From: Cycas panzhihuaensis | Taxonomy: Eukaryota; Plantae; Cycadophyta | Length of the DNA: 64,000 nt | Reading direction: 5' to 3' | Assembly (NCBI GenBank): GCA_023213395.1 | Contig: CM041465.1 | Location: 148,497,741 to 148,561,740 of the forward strand | Shown here: piece after piece, positions 50,566-62,366 of the stretch | Layout: every line of letters starts with the position of its first letter | Numbering within the stretch: position 1 is the first letter of the stretch | Position numbers and translations under genes: made by a program | Notes under the pieces: generated by a model | Databases searched by the model: none | What the model saw: only the letters and a program-made list of their open reading frames with translations | What the model was told of the DNA's origin: nothing

Positions 50566-53500
50566 GGGTCGTCCGGTGTTATTTATATGTGTTTTTCTGC
50601 CATTGATGCTTGAAGAAAGAAGACACATAAAATTCTCCAAGCAGTACATGTGCATGGCTTTGCCATTATCTCTTTCCCATATGGGACTAAGAGGGGTATG
50701 ATGAATGGATTAACATTTACTTAGGTGGATCAATCGAGAGACAGGATGCATGATACCCTCTTGATGTGTGGTACCGAGTAGGAAGACCCCTGAATGCCTC
50801 CAAGAAAATGGACGAAAATTAGGGCATATGTCTCTCAGTGAGATTGGTCCCTTAATCGGAAGTGAGAGCATCCTTGAGGGATAGGCCTGCTAAATTTGAT
50901 AACCAATTATCCTATAAGTAATTGTATTCATGTACCATACATTATAAAAGTAAAAGATGTCACTCTCTACAAGGGAGTGGTTTCTTCTCATGTGGAAGAA
51001 TCTTCTAGTACATTTTAAGGGAGGATGTGACTGTTGTGTGTGATCAACTTAGTGCTACATCTAGTGTCTAAAAATGAGTCCTCGATGCCATTGCTATATT
51101 TGGTGTGTGGGAACACCACCATGGATTTGTGCATTGCAAAGGGAGGACGTCTTATTCATGGTTCTAGCTTGGGGCTATGGAGTGTTCCTCTCAGAAATTT
51201 GACCTTGTAGACGCAAACTGGTAGAAATAAAGCCAAAATAACACAAGTTTGCAAACAGATCACCAAAAGGGAGTATCAAAGTACTTTCTCTTTAAGATAA
51301 CAATACTCAATAATCATTACAAGTAGAGCTCGACCCTTTAAATAAGCATGCAAGGGTCTTCTTCCTTATAATATTATTGGTGGCCCTAGCAGCTTTACAT
51401 CTTATTGGACAATTTAGCGGTCCATGCACAAATCTTAATAGCTAACATCAATCCTTAACCTTTTGGTAACTCCCACTTGCTAGTGCTTGGAAAAGGTGGG
51501 GTTATATTACAGGCTAGGGGCAATGCATATAGGAATGCCCTATGGTGGGTTGTGGAGCCTTGTAAGTGCTATCCCATTCCTACTTTAATCAACGAACCAC
51601 TTTCCCTCTTAAAAGAGATTAATTCTCATAAACATACAGTTTTATAGGCTACAAAGGGGGTGGAATGTAACAATCAACCGATGGTAGGATCGTGTTGACA
51701 TTCTAAACTATTCCATTCAAATCTTTTAATTGTAGTGCGCCAATCTCCATCCACTAGATCACTTGTGTTACTAGTATAATCAACTTCAATTGTTCCATTA
51801 TGTGTTTTACAATCTTCAACATCTTAGGAATACCCCCATTTAGTAGTCCTGTGAATGGCTTGGCCATCTTTGTATACATCGACCTTATAGGTTGGCTGGG
51901 ACTTGATGGGCATGTCAATTTGCTTCGTTTAGGAGACACTCTTCCCCTATATACTTGCTTAATCTTTGGGTTGGGTAAGGCAGGGTGATTTGCCTTTGCT
52001 TCTCTTGCAACATCCTCCAAGGCTTTCTTTGTTGCTGCAAATTGATCAATTTCTATTTTCAAATTTGGATGGTCTGATTCATCCCACCTAGGATTTGTGG
52101 TTAACCTACTCCTTAATTAGAGGTTGTCAAGGGGGTCCAAGGAAGATTATAGTTAGGTGGTTGGCTTTTACATTTAGGTAATCATCATAATTATGGTTGC
52201 CTAGTCCACATTTTTGACATACATGTGTGCTGCCATTCCTTGCCTTTTCATAGGGACAATCAATGCGGGAATGATTGAATACACACCTCAAATGTACTAA
52301 AACTAATCGCACCTAAGATACTTATCTCTAACTAAGGTGGTATAAAATAGGCATCAACAATTCCTTGGAAGCACTCATCTTATGGGCTTTAAATCTTGCT
52401 AGAAAGAGTTGCACTCTAGTATTGTACGTTGGAACACCTTATCTTAATATCATTTGTATGGCCAAATTTTTCCATGTTTATATGCTTGAGCCCCAATACA
52501 TAGTTTTCTTGAGAAGTTGAATTTAGATAATGGCTTTATTGTGCATCAACATATACCATACTTTTAATTAATTGTATCATAGTCAACTAAAGGATTGTAT
52601 GGTTGTTGGTGCTTCCATGGTAGATACATGATTGTTATTTGCTTGCTTTCAAAAGAAGTTAACTCTTATGGTTACTCTTCTCTACCCTATCTAGAAGTCT
52701 CATTTGATAGAATTTGATGAAGTTAGATCAACATCTTGCATGGCTATTAATCCATTTGCATATACTTCTTGTCATTTGTTTTTTTTTTTTTTTTCCAATG
52801 TAGGGCTATGTTTTTGTTATGTTTTAGAAATAAAGGAATTGGGGTTATTAATAATTAGGAAGTCGATATTTTGGAGGGAAATGGTAGGATTGATCTAGGC
52901 GACTATAAATACCTACCTTGTACTCAAGGATAATCATCTCAATTTTGGTTTAACACTTGTGGTGACTTCCTTAACAACTTTTTGGAGGTCTACTTACTTT
53001 GAAGAGGGCTTCTATTCTATTAATTTTATTGAGGAGGGTTGCGATAAGTGGTATCATAGAATGGTTTTGGCCAATTAAGGCTTTATTACATATTTGTCAT
53101 TTCGAGGGTGTAAACGATTGAATTTGGGAAAAGAAGATTGTAGATTTGAGATGGCCAGAGTTGTTCTATAAATTTTGAGTGGCTATATTGCAGGTTTTGG
53201 AGCAGAATTGCAAAATTTATAAGGGTTTTTGTTTTGGCCTACTGTTCATTGATGTTTGAATGACCTCAAACGTTTTTTGAATAGTTGCATCTTGAAGTTT
53301 ACTTTTTGTTAAAATTGGTTTCAGCTTGATTGGATATCAAGATAAAAAGCTATTAGCAAATTAGTAATAGGTATTGTTGTTGTCCCAAAAAAATCTAAGT
53401 TCTAGTCAACTTCAAAAGGTCATTACATAAACCATAGGTCTCCAAATCAACCTCAAACTAGATTCGTTAGAAGCATTTTTCCATTATATTTCTATCAAAG

Positions 53501-54620
53501 TGGACCACATAATGTTAGAAAATAAGCTATTAAAATTTTTGTGATAAAGATCTATTTCTACCCTAATTTTTCTATAAATTTCAAGTAATTTTTTGAATTT
53601 TGGAAAATTCCTTCTTGAGAAACAATTATTTTTGCAATTTTTTTTTGGTAAAAATGATACTAATTTTCATTAGGGATGGAAAGGTTAAGCCTATAGCATG
53701 GTTAGATATGATTGAAGCACAATATGCATCACACCTTGAACATCAAAAGAAGATTATGATTGGATTATTGAGCCATATTTGGGTGGTGAAGCTCTTGAGT
53801 GGTTTTCAAATTGATATTATCACACTTCTAGAAAATATTCTTAGAAAAACTTCTCAATAATTTTCCTCATAGACTTTGATGAAAGGATTCAAAAGTGGTG
53901 GGATGAGCATTGGGATGAATATATCAAGAAGGCCTTCACAAGTTTGAGGGATAAATGTTGAAAGTAGGACCTTGAAGAAAGTATTGGGTAATTTAAAGAA
54001 GTAGCAATTAATATGCTTGAACAAAATGAAGAAGAACCAATTGTAATGCATGTACCAAGCAAAAAAGAGTCTACTTATAAGCACTTTAAAGAGGATGAAG
54101 TTAATATACATGAATTCCATGAATCAGAAAAGTCCACCTAGGCATGCAAGTCATCTTACAAGAACACTCAAGGGTTCTTGACAATCTCCCAAAGGAACTT
54201 CCACTAGATGAAGGAATGGAACATATCATTGAGTTGGAACTAGGCACAACACCTATTAATATTTGACGTTATAGGTACCTGCACCAACACAAGGCAATTA
54301 TTGAGAAATTGATGCATGAGTTATTAAAGCAAGGTGTGATTATTCTAAGCCAAAGTCCTTTTGTCTCTCTAGTCATATTAGATCCCAAAAAGGATGGCTT
54401 GTACTAGAAGTGTGTAAATAATAGGCCACTGAACAAGGTAACAACCAAGAATCATTATCCAATGTTGCGGATTGACGACCTCTTGGATGAATTACACAAA
54501 GCACAATTCTTCACCAAAATCGGTTTAAGGTTAGGATATTATCAGATTGAGGATAACTTTGCTAGAGATCGATAATGAAGAATTACTAGTGCTACAAATA
54601 GAAGGCTATCTCGATACTAG

Positions 54621-57600
54621 TGTGCATTTCTCAATTCAATTTGCAACTTTGCTCACATACAATATTGAAGAACATAGAAGAAATACGTATATGCCAAAAT
54701 TGATGTAAGAACCAAATGCTTCCTTTATTATCAGAGGGAAACAACATCTGGTCCTTTGACAATCATATGCAGTCCCTAAAACAACACATAAGATTTTAGT
54801 TAGAGCAAGGAATACATTCCATGACAAGCCAATCAGTTAGATACAAAAGTAGAAGAAAAGGTTCTATGCTAACACACTCGGTTTATTGCAATAGTTATGT
54901 TTTATACTATTGGATAGTTGTTACAATAACACAGAAAAAAACAAAAGAGTTTTACCATTTCCATTCACTTAAACATAACTGAAGGCTATGACTATTCGTC
55001 ATGATCACGATTAATAGACCTGATCGCAATCCAACAATGATCTAAAAACAAGCAATCATTGAGTTTACCAACCCACACACATCAACACACAAGACTGATG
55101 AGTGCCTTTACTCAACCCAAAGTTCAAAATTTTCCAACATCAACTTCCTTCTTTCCCCAACCTCGCGCAACAACACCCCCCCCACCCCCCCCATCCCCAT
55201 ACACACACACAAAACGAAAATTGAACTATGACTACTCGGATCGCACTGCTGTCTTCACAAAATGTTCAACTAGGGCTCTGTTATTGTCTCTCTATGCTTG
55301 TTTAAATTGCTCCTACACTCTGTCAAGTGCTAGAGGATCTAGTCATGCAATCCCTAACAAAGGAGTTAACCCTTTTGAACAAATAAAGTCATACAAATGT
55401 AGCACATTTTGCTAAGCCTCTAGTTGCCTAATGTTTAGTAATTCACTTGTTTGAAGGGAAGTGACCTCTGAATACAACTTGAAATTAATTGCTTTAGTAC
55501 ATTTAAGCTCACCTTTTAACCCATGGATCATTATGCACAACTCATCGTATTCTTTGGAGCCTTCATCTGTCTTCAAAACCCAAGCTCTCATCTTTAAAAT
55601 GACATCTTCCAATCCCTTTGGAATTTGCAATCCAAATTGTTGTTTAAACCATTCCATTTTGCTTTGGACATCAGAGATATCATCTACCCATTCTAAGATA
55701 AATCTGCACAAAAACTTCATTGCTTTTACTATAATTAATGTCTTGTTTTGTGCCTCGATCAATTGATTTTCTAACTGTTGCAACTATTCCAAAATTAGGG
55801 GTAGTTTCCAAGCTTGGTAGTATTGTACTTATGTGGTCTTCCTCTATTGCGCACTGTTGCCTTTTCACTAAAAATCTCTGTCTTGCTATGTTTGTATTTC
55901 AACTTCTTTAGATAAATATCTATTTAAAACTAGGGCTTGTTGTGGAGTGGAAACTTGAAATTCAATTTTTGCAAGGACCTCTGCTTCAATGCTCTGGTCA
56001 ATGTCTTCTAGAGTCACCACTTCTTCTCTAGTTGATCTTGCAGGTGGCCTCCTCTTCACCTAGCATTTATGTGAATTTATAAAATGTGGATGGTGTGTTC
56101 CTCCTCAAATTTTCTCCCTCATGTAGCATTATTGTGTTGTTCATATGTTTTGGGTTTTATTCTAGAGTTGGTATTCGATGGCATGAGAAAACCTAATGCC
56201 TACCCTACCCTTGAACGTCCATCATTCCTTTTCAGCCTTCTCTTAGGATCAAGTCTGAAGGCAATGGAACCAATGTGCACTTCTTGATTCAATTTGCAAC
56301 TTTGCTCACATACAATACTAAAGAACACAAAAGAAACACATATATGCCAAAATTGATGCAAGAACCAATTCCTTCCTTTATTATTAGAAGAGGGCAACTA
56401 CATTTGGTCCTTTCACTGTTAGATGTAGTCCCTTAAATTGTACGTAAGATTTCAATTAGAGCAAGGAATACATTTGATGGTGGGCTAGGTGGTTAGATAC
56501 AAAAACAAAAGAAAAAGTCCTATGCTCACACTCACTTTATTACAATAATTACATTTTATACAACTAGACAGTTGCAACTGCTCTATCGTTACAACAATAC
56601 AAAGAAAAACAAAAGAGTTTTTCCATTTCCATTCACTTAAACATAACTGAAGATTACGATCGATTGTTGCGTTCCTAATTTATAAAGAAGTCAGTTTTTA
56701 GGAGAATAAGGAAGATTTATTAATGTGAGGTTGGTATTTTTAGGAGAGAGAATTAGAAGTTAGTTTTAGAGAGAGAAAAGTAGGGCTATAAATTGAGATC
56801 ATTATTCATTTGTAAATCATCTTTGGAGAATTTGTTATTTTGGATCATTCCAATTACGTTTGAACCATTGGATTTCTAGTTTGGAGACCTTCATTTTGAA
56901 TAGTCTCAAGGTATTAATTGGATCGGTTTTGATGTAGAATTTACCCCACAAAGTAGCAATTTTGTTGACAAGAAAAGAGAGAAAATGCTACTAGATTACT
57001 TTGATCCTAATAAAGGCACTGACCTAAGAGAATGGCTAGAAATGATTGGAATTTGTGTCTTCAATCCAGATGAAGACATAGATGTGTTGGAATGGCTATA
57101 AACGGTCGAAACATTGAGCGACTACACAAGGGATACACTGATTGAAGAGTATGGGCCAGATATGGAACTTCTCTTAGAAAGGGAATTTCTTGATTAGTTC
57201 CTTCTTTGGGCTATAAGACGAATGATGCTCAACAGTTAGTCTTTTTTTCAAATTGTTTTTTTTGTAGCATCTAGTTAATGCTAGTTTTGGAAATATTTGT
57301 AGAATCTCAAAAGAGAGATTCAACAATTAGTGGACCAAGAAGAATCCATCTAGTACCATGTAGAAATTAGTGGAGCAAGGAGAACCTATCCAATGTTATG
57401 AAGGAGCACTGCAAGTGCATGAACAATGTGAGAAAATCAAAGAAATAATGGAGCACTATGATGAACAACTTATGCAGGAGCAACATGAAGTCATCGATGA
57501 GCAATCAAGAGAGGATCTAATGAAGATAGAAGAAACTGAGGAAGACCATAAGTAGGCTATAGAAGAAGCCAGGCAACCAAGCGAATCCCACAAGGTACTC

Positions 57601-59193
57601 GACATGACCCTTGATCTTGTTTTGCATATGCACATTTCATTTAGAAGTTTCATCTTTCCTCTTTCTTTTCCATCCTTAATAGCTATATAGAAAACCTCTA
57701 CCCCTTACCCCATAGCTATCCAAACTCCTAAGCCCCTTAACTCCAAATTCTTCATAGGACAAATCCTAGTCTCTCTTCACAACCCTAACTCATCTCATTG
57801 TCCACATGTTTCATCATCCCCTAGAGAATTTTCTTGGCAAGATGTTCTAGACCTTGTATCCTCCCTTCATCACATTTCACCTCCTAGTACAATGATTGGC
57901 CCTTATAAAACTTCATCCTGTATATCCGCATCTACCACATCTATACTTTCAACACTACTTTTTTCCATTAAGTCCTTCATCTCGTCCTACCTCCATTTTT
58001 GAACCCCTATTAAAACCTTTTTCCCATAAAAAGTGTCTATCACTAACCTTGCATTAGTCTTATTTCCCTAAAATCTCTACTTGTCCAACCAACACCTTAT
58101 TGATCCTAACCTCTATTTGAATCAACTTCCAAACCTCATGTACTTCCCAGTATATATCTTTTTCATCCTTGTTTCCTATACATTCAAATTTATTGTTGAT
58201 CACCTCATTGACCCCCACTTTTCCCGTTCCTTCTTGCTACCGTTATGGCCATTTTCTTGCTAGCTTCCCAAAGTCATGTTATTTTCTCCCTACAAAATCC
58301 CTTCAGTATTCGCAACACCTCTCATCCCTCAAGTGAAGTTATCTGAGGACAAAATGTGCAACCAAAAGGTAGGATTTTGGCCAACTACTATCAACATTGC
58401 ACAAGTCCCAGGATCTCTTCTGTACAGGGCATGCTACAATAGGCACTAGGTTCTCAAGACAAGCATCTATAGATTCAAGTTGCATCCCAAGCATCTCCAA
58501 TAGAAGGCACAAGATTGGACCAAATTTCTATGACATATAGGACCTAGTAGGCAGAAGATTGAAGAATATGTCAAAGGCATGGCCCAAACAACTCCACGAG
58601 TGACTATTTATACTTCGAGGGTGAAGTATTTCAAGGGGAGGGGAATTGTTGTGTTCCTAACTTATAAAAAAGTTAGTTTTTAGGAGAATAAGGAAGATTT
58701 ATTAATGTGAGGTCGGTATTTTTAGGTTAGGGAATTAGAAGTCGGTTTTGGAGAGAGAAAAGTAGGGCTATAAATAGTGATCATTATTCATTTGTAAATA
58801 ATCTTTGGATGATTTGATATTTGATCTGAAATAATGGCTTAGGACCATTAGGGCATTGCTATGCCATTTGGGAGGAAACCCTCTCCTCAAAGAGGAAATG
58901 TATTGCTATAATATCACCTAACATTATCAATTTATTTATTGCTGCAAATTGATATTATTCTACAAAAGGCTATCATCTATTATTACTTTGGATTTATTGT
59001 AGAAATCTGATATTATGTATGTCAAGTTGTTATTATTTGGATAATTTCTGTTGCACTTTTTGTGTGAATTCCATGGGCATTGCCACATCAACATCATGAT
59101 CGTGATCATGATCTTGATCATGATCAATAGGCCTAATCGCAATCGTGATGTGATCTAGAAACAAACAATTTCTGAGTTTATCAGACCACACAA
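54621..59193 (-). mobile_element. Small non-autonomous Athila-like element P (internal ~1.2 kb); right LTR interrupted by Q
   Basis: LTRs 54621-55081 and 56274-59193 (minus Q), TSD ACTAG at 54616-54620 and 59194-59198, PBS GGCAATGGAACCA 56260-56272. Confidence 0.8.
56665..59093 (+). mobile_element. Non-autonomous element Q (D family); 5' LTR truncated, PBS and leader deleted
   Basis: Partial LTR 56665 to ~56843, PPT AAGGGGAGGGGAA, 3' LTR 58647-59093; internal sequence homologous to D (CAAGCGA..CCCACAAGGTACTC); TSD imperfect. Confidence 0.8.
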
Positions 59194-59594
59194 ACTAGGA
59201 CCAATCAATTGTGAACAAGGCAAATCAAAGAATATCTGGTGAAATGGGAAAACATGGAAGAAGAGGATGCTACTTAGGAGGATGAAAGTTGGTGCCAATA
59301 GAACCTACACGTCCCGGCGCTTTTGAGAGCAGAGCATTTTTCAGCGGGAGGAACTTGTTATGTTCCAAAAAATAAACAAATTGGAATAATTAATAATTAA
59401 GAAGCTGGTATTTTGGAGGGAAAAGCTGGGATTGAGCTAGGTGACTATAAGTACCCATCTTGTAGTCGAGGATAATCATCTTAGTTTTGGTTTTATACTT
59501 GTGGTGACTACCTTAACAGCATTTTGGAGGTCTACTTGCCTTGAAGAGACTTTCTATTCTATTGGTTCTATTTGAGGAGAGTGGCGACAGTTTT

Positions 59595-62340
59595 ATATAT
59601 TGATAGTTTCAGTCAATGTTTCTAAGCTTCAAGGCAATTGCTGGTTGTTAAATATCATTGCTTTGCATTGGACATTGGATGAATTATTTCTTCACATGCT
59701 CTTTTAAGTTTGCAATAGGTGTTAAGGGTTTTAACATTTTAGTGCAAAAGCTCAGTTCTTAAGTCTAAACCTGGATCAGGTGAGCCCTTGCCTTTTGTTC
59801 CCATTTTCATGATCTCACCATGCATCTATAAAATACAGGTGATCCCTTTTGTCCTACTCTCTTAAAAAGTGATGGGAACAGATCCTTCTAAATCCGGTAA
59901 GTTTTACCCTGTTTTATTGAAATGAAGTCATCTGCAACAGCTTTCTGGCTTTTACTTGTAATATATCATCACAATTTATGCATCTCAATGTTATTAGTCT
60001 TCAGGGTTCAATGCATAATTTTCCTACCAATGTCAAATTTGGAATCTGGATTCCCTATGTGAACCCATTTTCAGCACAGATTTTAGGATTCTTAAAGCTA
60101 ACAACTGTAAGTGAATGCAATGAGCACTAATGGAAGAGTTACAGTTTTGTTATAGCTCTAAATACCAACTCTTCAATATTAGATATGCACAATATCACAA
60201 TCTGTGGCTGAAATGGTTTTTAAATATCGAAGTCTGATGGCCCTAGGCAGTTTAAACATAGGTGTCACGAAGCTTCTGGGCCTAAAAGCCCATGCATGTC
60301 GGCACGTGCTAAAGGTTGTATAGAAGATTTCTGGTGGTCAATCTAGGTGTCCCAAGGAATTTTGGCAGGTCTATGTAGATTTTGAATATTATCCTTATTA
60401 ATAAACATGTTGCTTTCAGGAAAAAAACTTTCACGCAATTCAAACTGTCTTCAGTATGCTGGAAGTGTTTGTTGCATGTATTGCACTACTTGATCTATAT
60501 CAACTGTTTCAAAATTTGAAATTCATGTAACTTGAATTTAGGCTCTATCACTTTGCGTTTCAGTTTACCTTGTCTTATATAGAGTTATTTTTGACGTTTC
60601 AAGGAGCGGGTACAGGAAGTGACTCAAATTGTGACATCTTCAAAGACGACTAAAGGTGCGACTCATTTTTGGTACCATTTTATGTTCTTTCTTAAAGATA
60701 TTATCAGACATACTTGAGATGAACCAAAAACCTGTAGTGTTTATTTTATGTTTTGGGGGGGTTAATGCCCATTTATGTGTAAAAATATTAAGTGGCTAGA
60801 GACTGAACAGAGTGAAATATGATAATGTAAAATCTGTTTTTTTGCAGTGCCTTTGCAGCACACATTGGGATGCCTATTCAAACATTGATTTTATCTCTCC
60901 TGTAAAAAGCCAGATCTTATGCTCGAATAAAATCTGTGAAAGTTCTGTTCTTGACTCCTGAGCCAGTTTCAGGAGGGTAGGCTGCGTGTCTTCTTGAGTC
61001 TATTAATTAAATTTTGGAAACTTAGCCCCACAAATGCTTCCAGAAACTTGTGGTAGGTCCATAAAATAAATTATGCACATCCATTGCTCCAATAATTCAA
61101 ATCGGACAAAATGAAAATAAAAGGAGATATCTTATGGCACTAAACCTTGGGAGAGTGATGCAAACAAATTGCCTACACACAGAAAGAGAAAGGTATTGCC
61201 AACAAAACAATGCACAAAAGTTGATAATGTATTATGATGTTACCCATGGAAGATTATTTGTACTGGATTGTCATGGGATTTAACAATGACCCTTGTTTTT
61301 CAGTAAATTTACTAACTGAATACAGACACAGCATAAAGATACTTGGTACTTTCAAGACACAGAATCTGAAGAAACAGATTTTTTGATCTGCCCATGAAGT
61401 TCTGAGCTTCATGACTCTGATGCCAGCATCTCCTTTCTGACTTTAAAGAAATTTTCTGAAGACATTAATAACAGTTCCCTAAAGCCCATTTCTTCTGCAT
61501 CAATATTTGCTTTATAGCTGCACATCATGCCCAGGGTCTTCAAGTACTTGGCATGGATGTACAATTCATGATTGAAAACTTCACCCACAAAAGTAACATC
61601 CTATGGTCAACAGAAAAAATAAAAATTCAAAATTTCTTATTGCAAAATGTCTTAAGTTTCATTTGTTTTTGTAGTTTCCCCATGGCTGAAGCATCAGTGA
61701 AGCAACTCATTTAAATGTTTTGTAGGCCAATGGCAAACAAATTTTGAGACAATAGACTTACAAACTTGGGGTTCCTGTTATATTTTGAAACGTTAAACTT
61801 TGTGAAATGCATATTAACATTGCTGCATATGGGAAGTGTTGCTTGGATTTAAGATGAAATCAGATTATACTAACTGAAAAGTAGAAATTTTGTGATGCCA
61901 GAGTTTGCCACATGGTTCTGAAAACACTGCTGGAGTAACTGAGAGTGTTCCTGGCCATTTATGTGCCAGTGTCAGTACTCCAGAAGATCTTTCTCAGCAA
62001 CCTGACCTACTGATTCCTGCAACTTTTATTTCTCCAACAATTTTCTTTTTCTTCTTTCCATGCTGTAGTATTCATAGCTGCTTGTGTTGGTTGAGAATCA
62101 ATCTGCTATTTGATGTTCTGAGTGGTCTTGTTAGCTTGATTCATAACTAGTTTGTTCAAGCACAAAATATGTTGTTCTTCTGAGTGGTTATTTTATGTTT
62201 TAATAGATTGAAGGCTTAAATGTGCGCCAAGGGGTTTTCGTTTATTTTTCATTATTTGATGCCTTGGGTATGGTTAAAATCATGTAATCTACATTAAGTA
62301 CAATTATTGTTTAATGTTATTTTTTCTTGGACTCTTTTAC
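59595..62340 (+). other. Low-copy-looking host DNA with several splice-site pairs (possible gene fragment, pseudogene or lncRNA)
   Basis: CAG|GTGAGC..TACAG| near 59780-59839, CCG|GTAAGT near 59896, acceptors near 60419, 60603 and 60847. I could not assemble a consistent ORF. Confidence 0.3.
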
Positions 62341-62366
62341 GTGTATTCTTCAAAAAGAAAGTAGGC

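Larger units (their letters stand above)
33862..51672 (+). mobile_element. Element M: ~2.7 kb (excluding L and J) solo LTR or single-LTR non-coding element
   Basis: Ends TGTTACA..TGTAACA with TSD ATCAA at 33857-33861 and 51673-51677; TATA near 49180; no ORF. Strand inferred from the TATA box and PPT-like tract. Confidence 0.7.
33479..52770 (-). mobile_element. Old Athila-like gypsy K (protease 33479-33861; gag 51673 to ~52770), host of F and M
   Basis: YPALLGRPWLY protease motif shared with L; frame continues across M (..TILPSVD|KDPMV..); knuckle VCQKCGLGNH. Outer ends not found. Confidence 0.7.
52815..59589 (+). mobile_element. Old chromovirus O with internal deletions, interrupted by P and Q
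   Basis: Diverged LTRs 52815-53046 and 59356-59589, TSD GTTTT at 52810-52814 and 59590-59594, Met PBS; RT start ([14 protein letters not shown]) 54190-54550; chromodomain (LDTR..EYLVKWENMEEEDAT) split by P. Confidence 0.88.

Noticed and set aside
52778-52794. Poly-T as the tail of a LINE, SINE or retrocopy
   Set aside because: No TSD, LINE ORF or SINE head was found in the adjoining sequence.
55095-55125. Hammerhead ribozyme (retrozyme) core CTGATGAG
   Set aside because: No stem II followed by GAAA here or at the other CTGATGA hits I checked (~2108, 7559, 27024, 35847, 47505).
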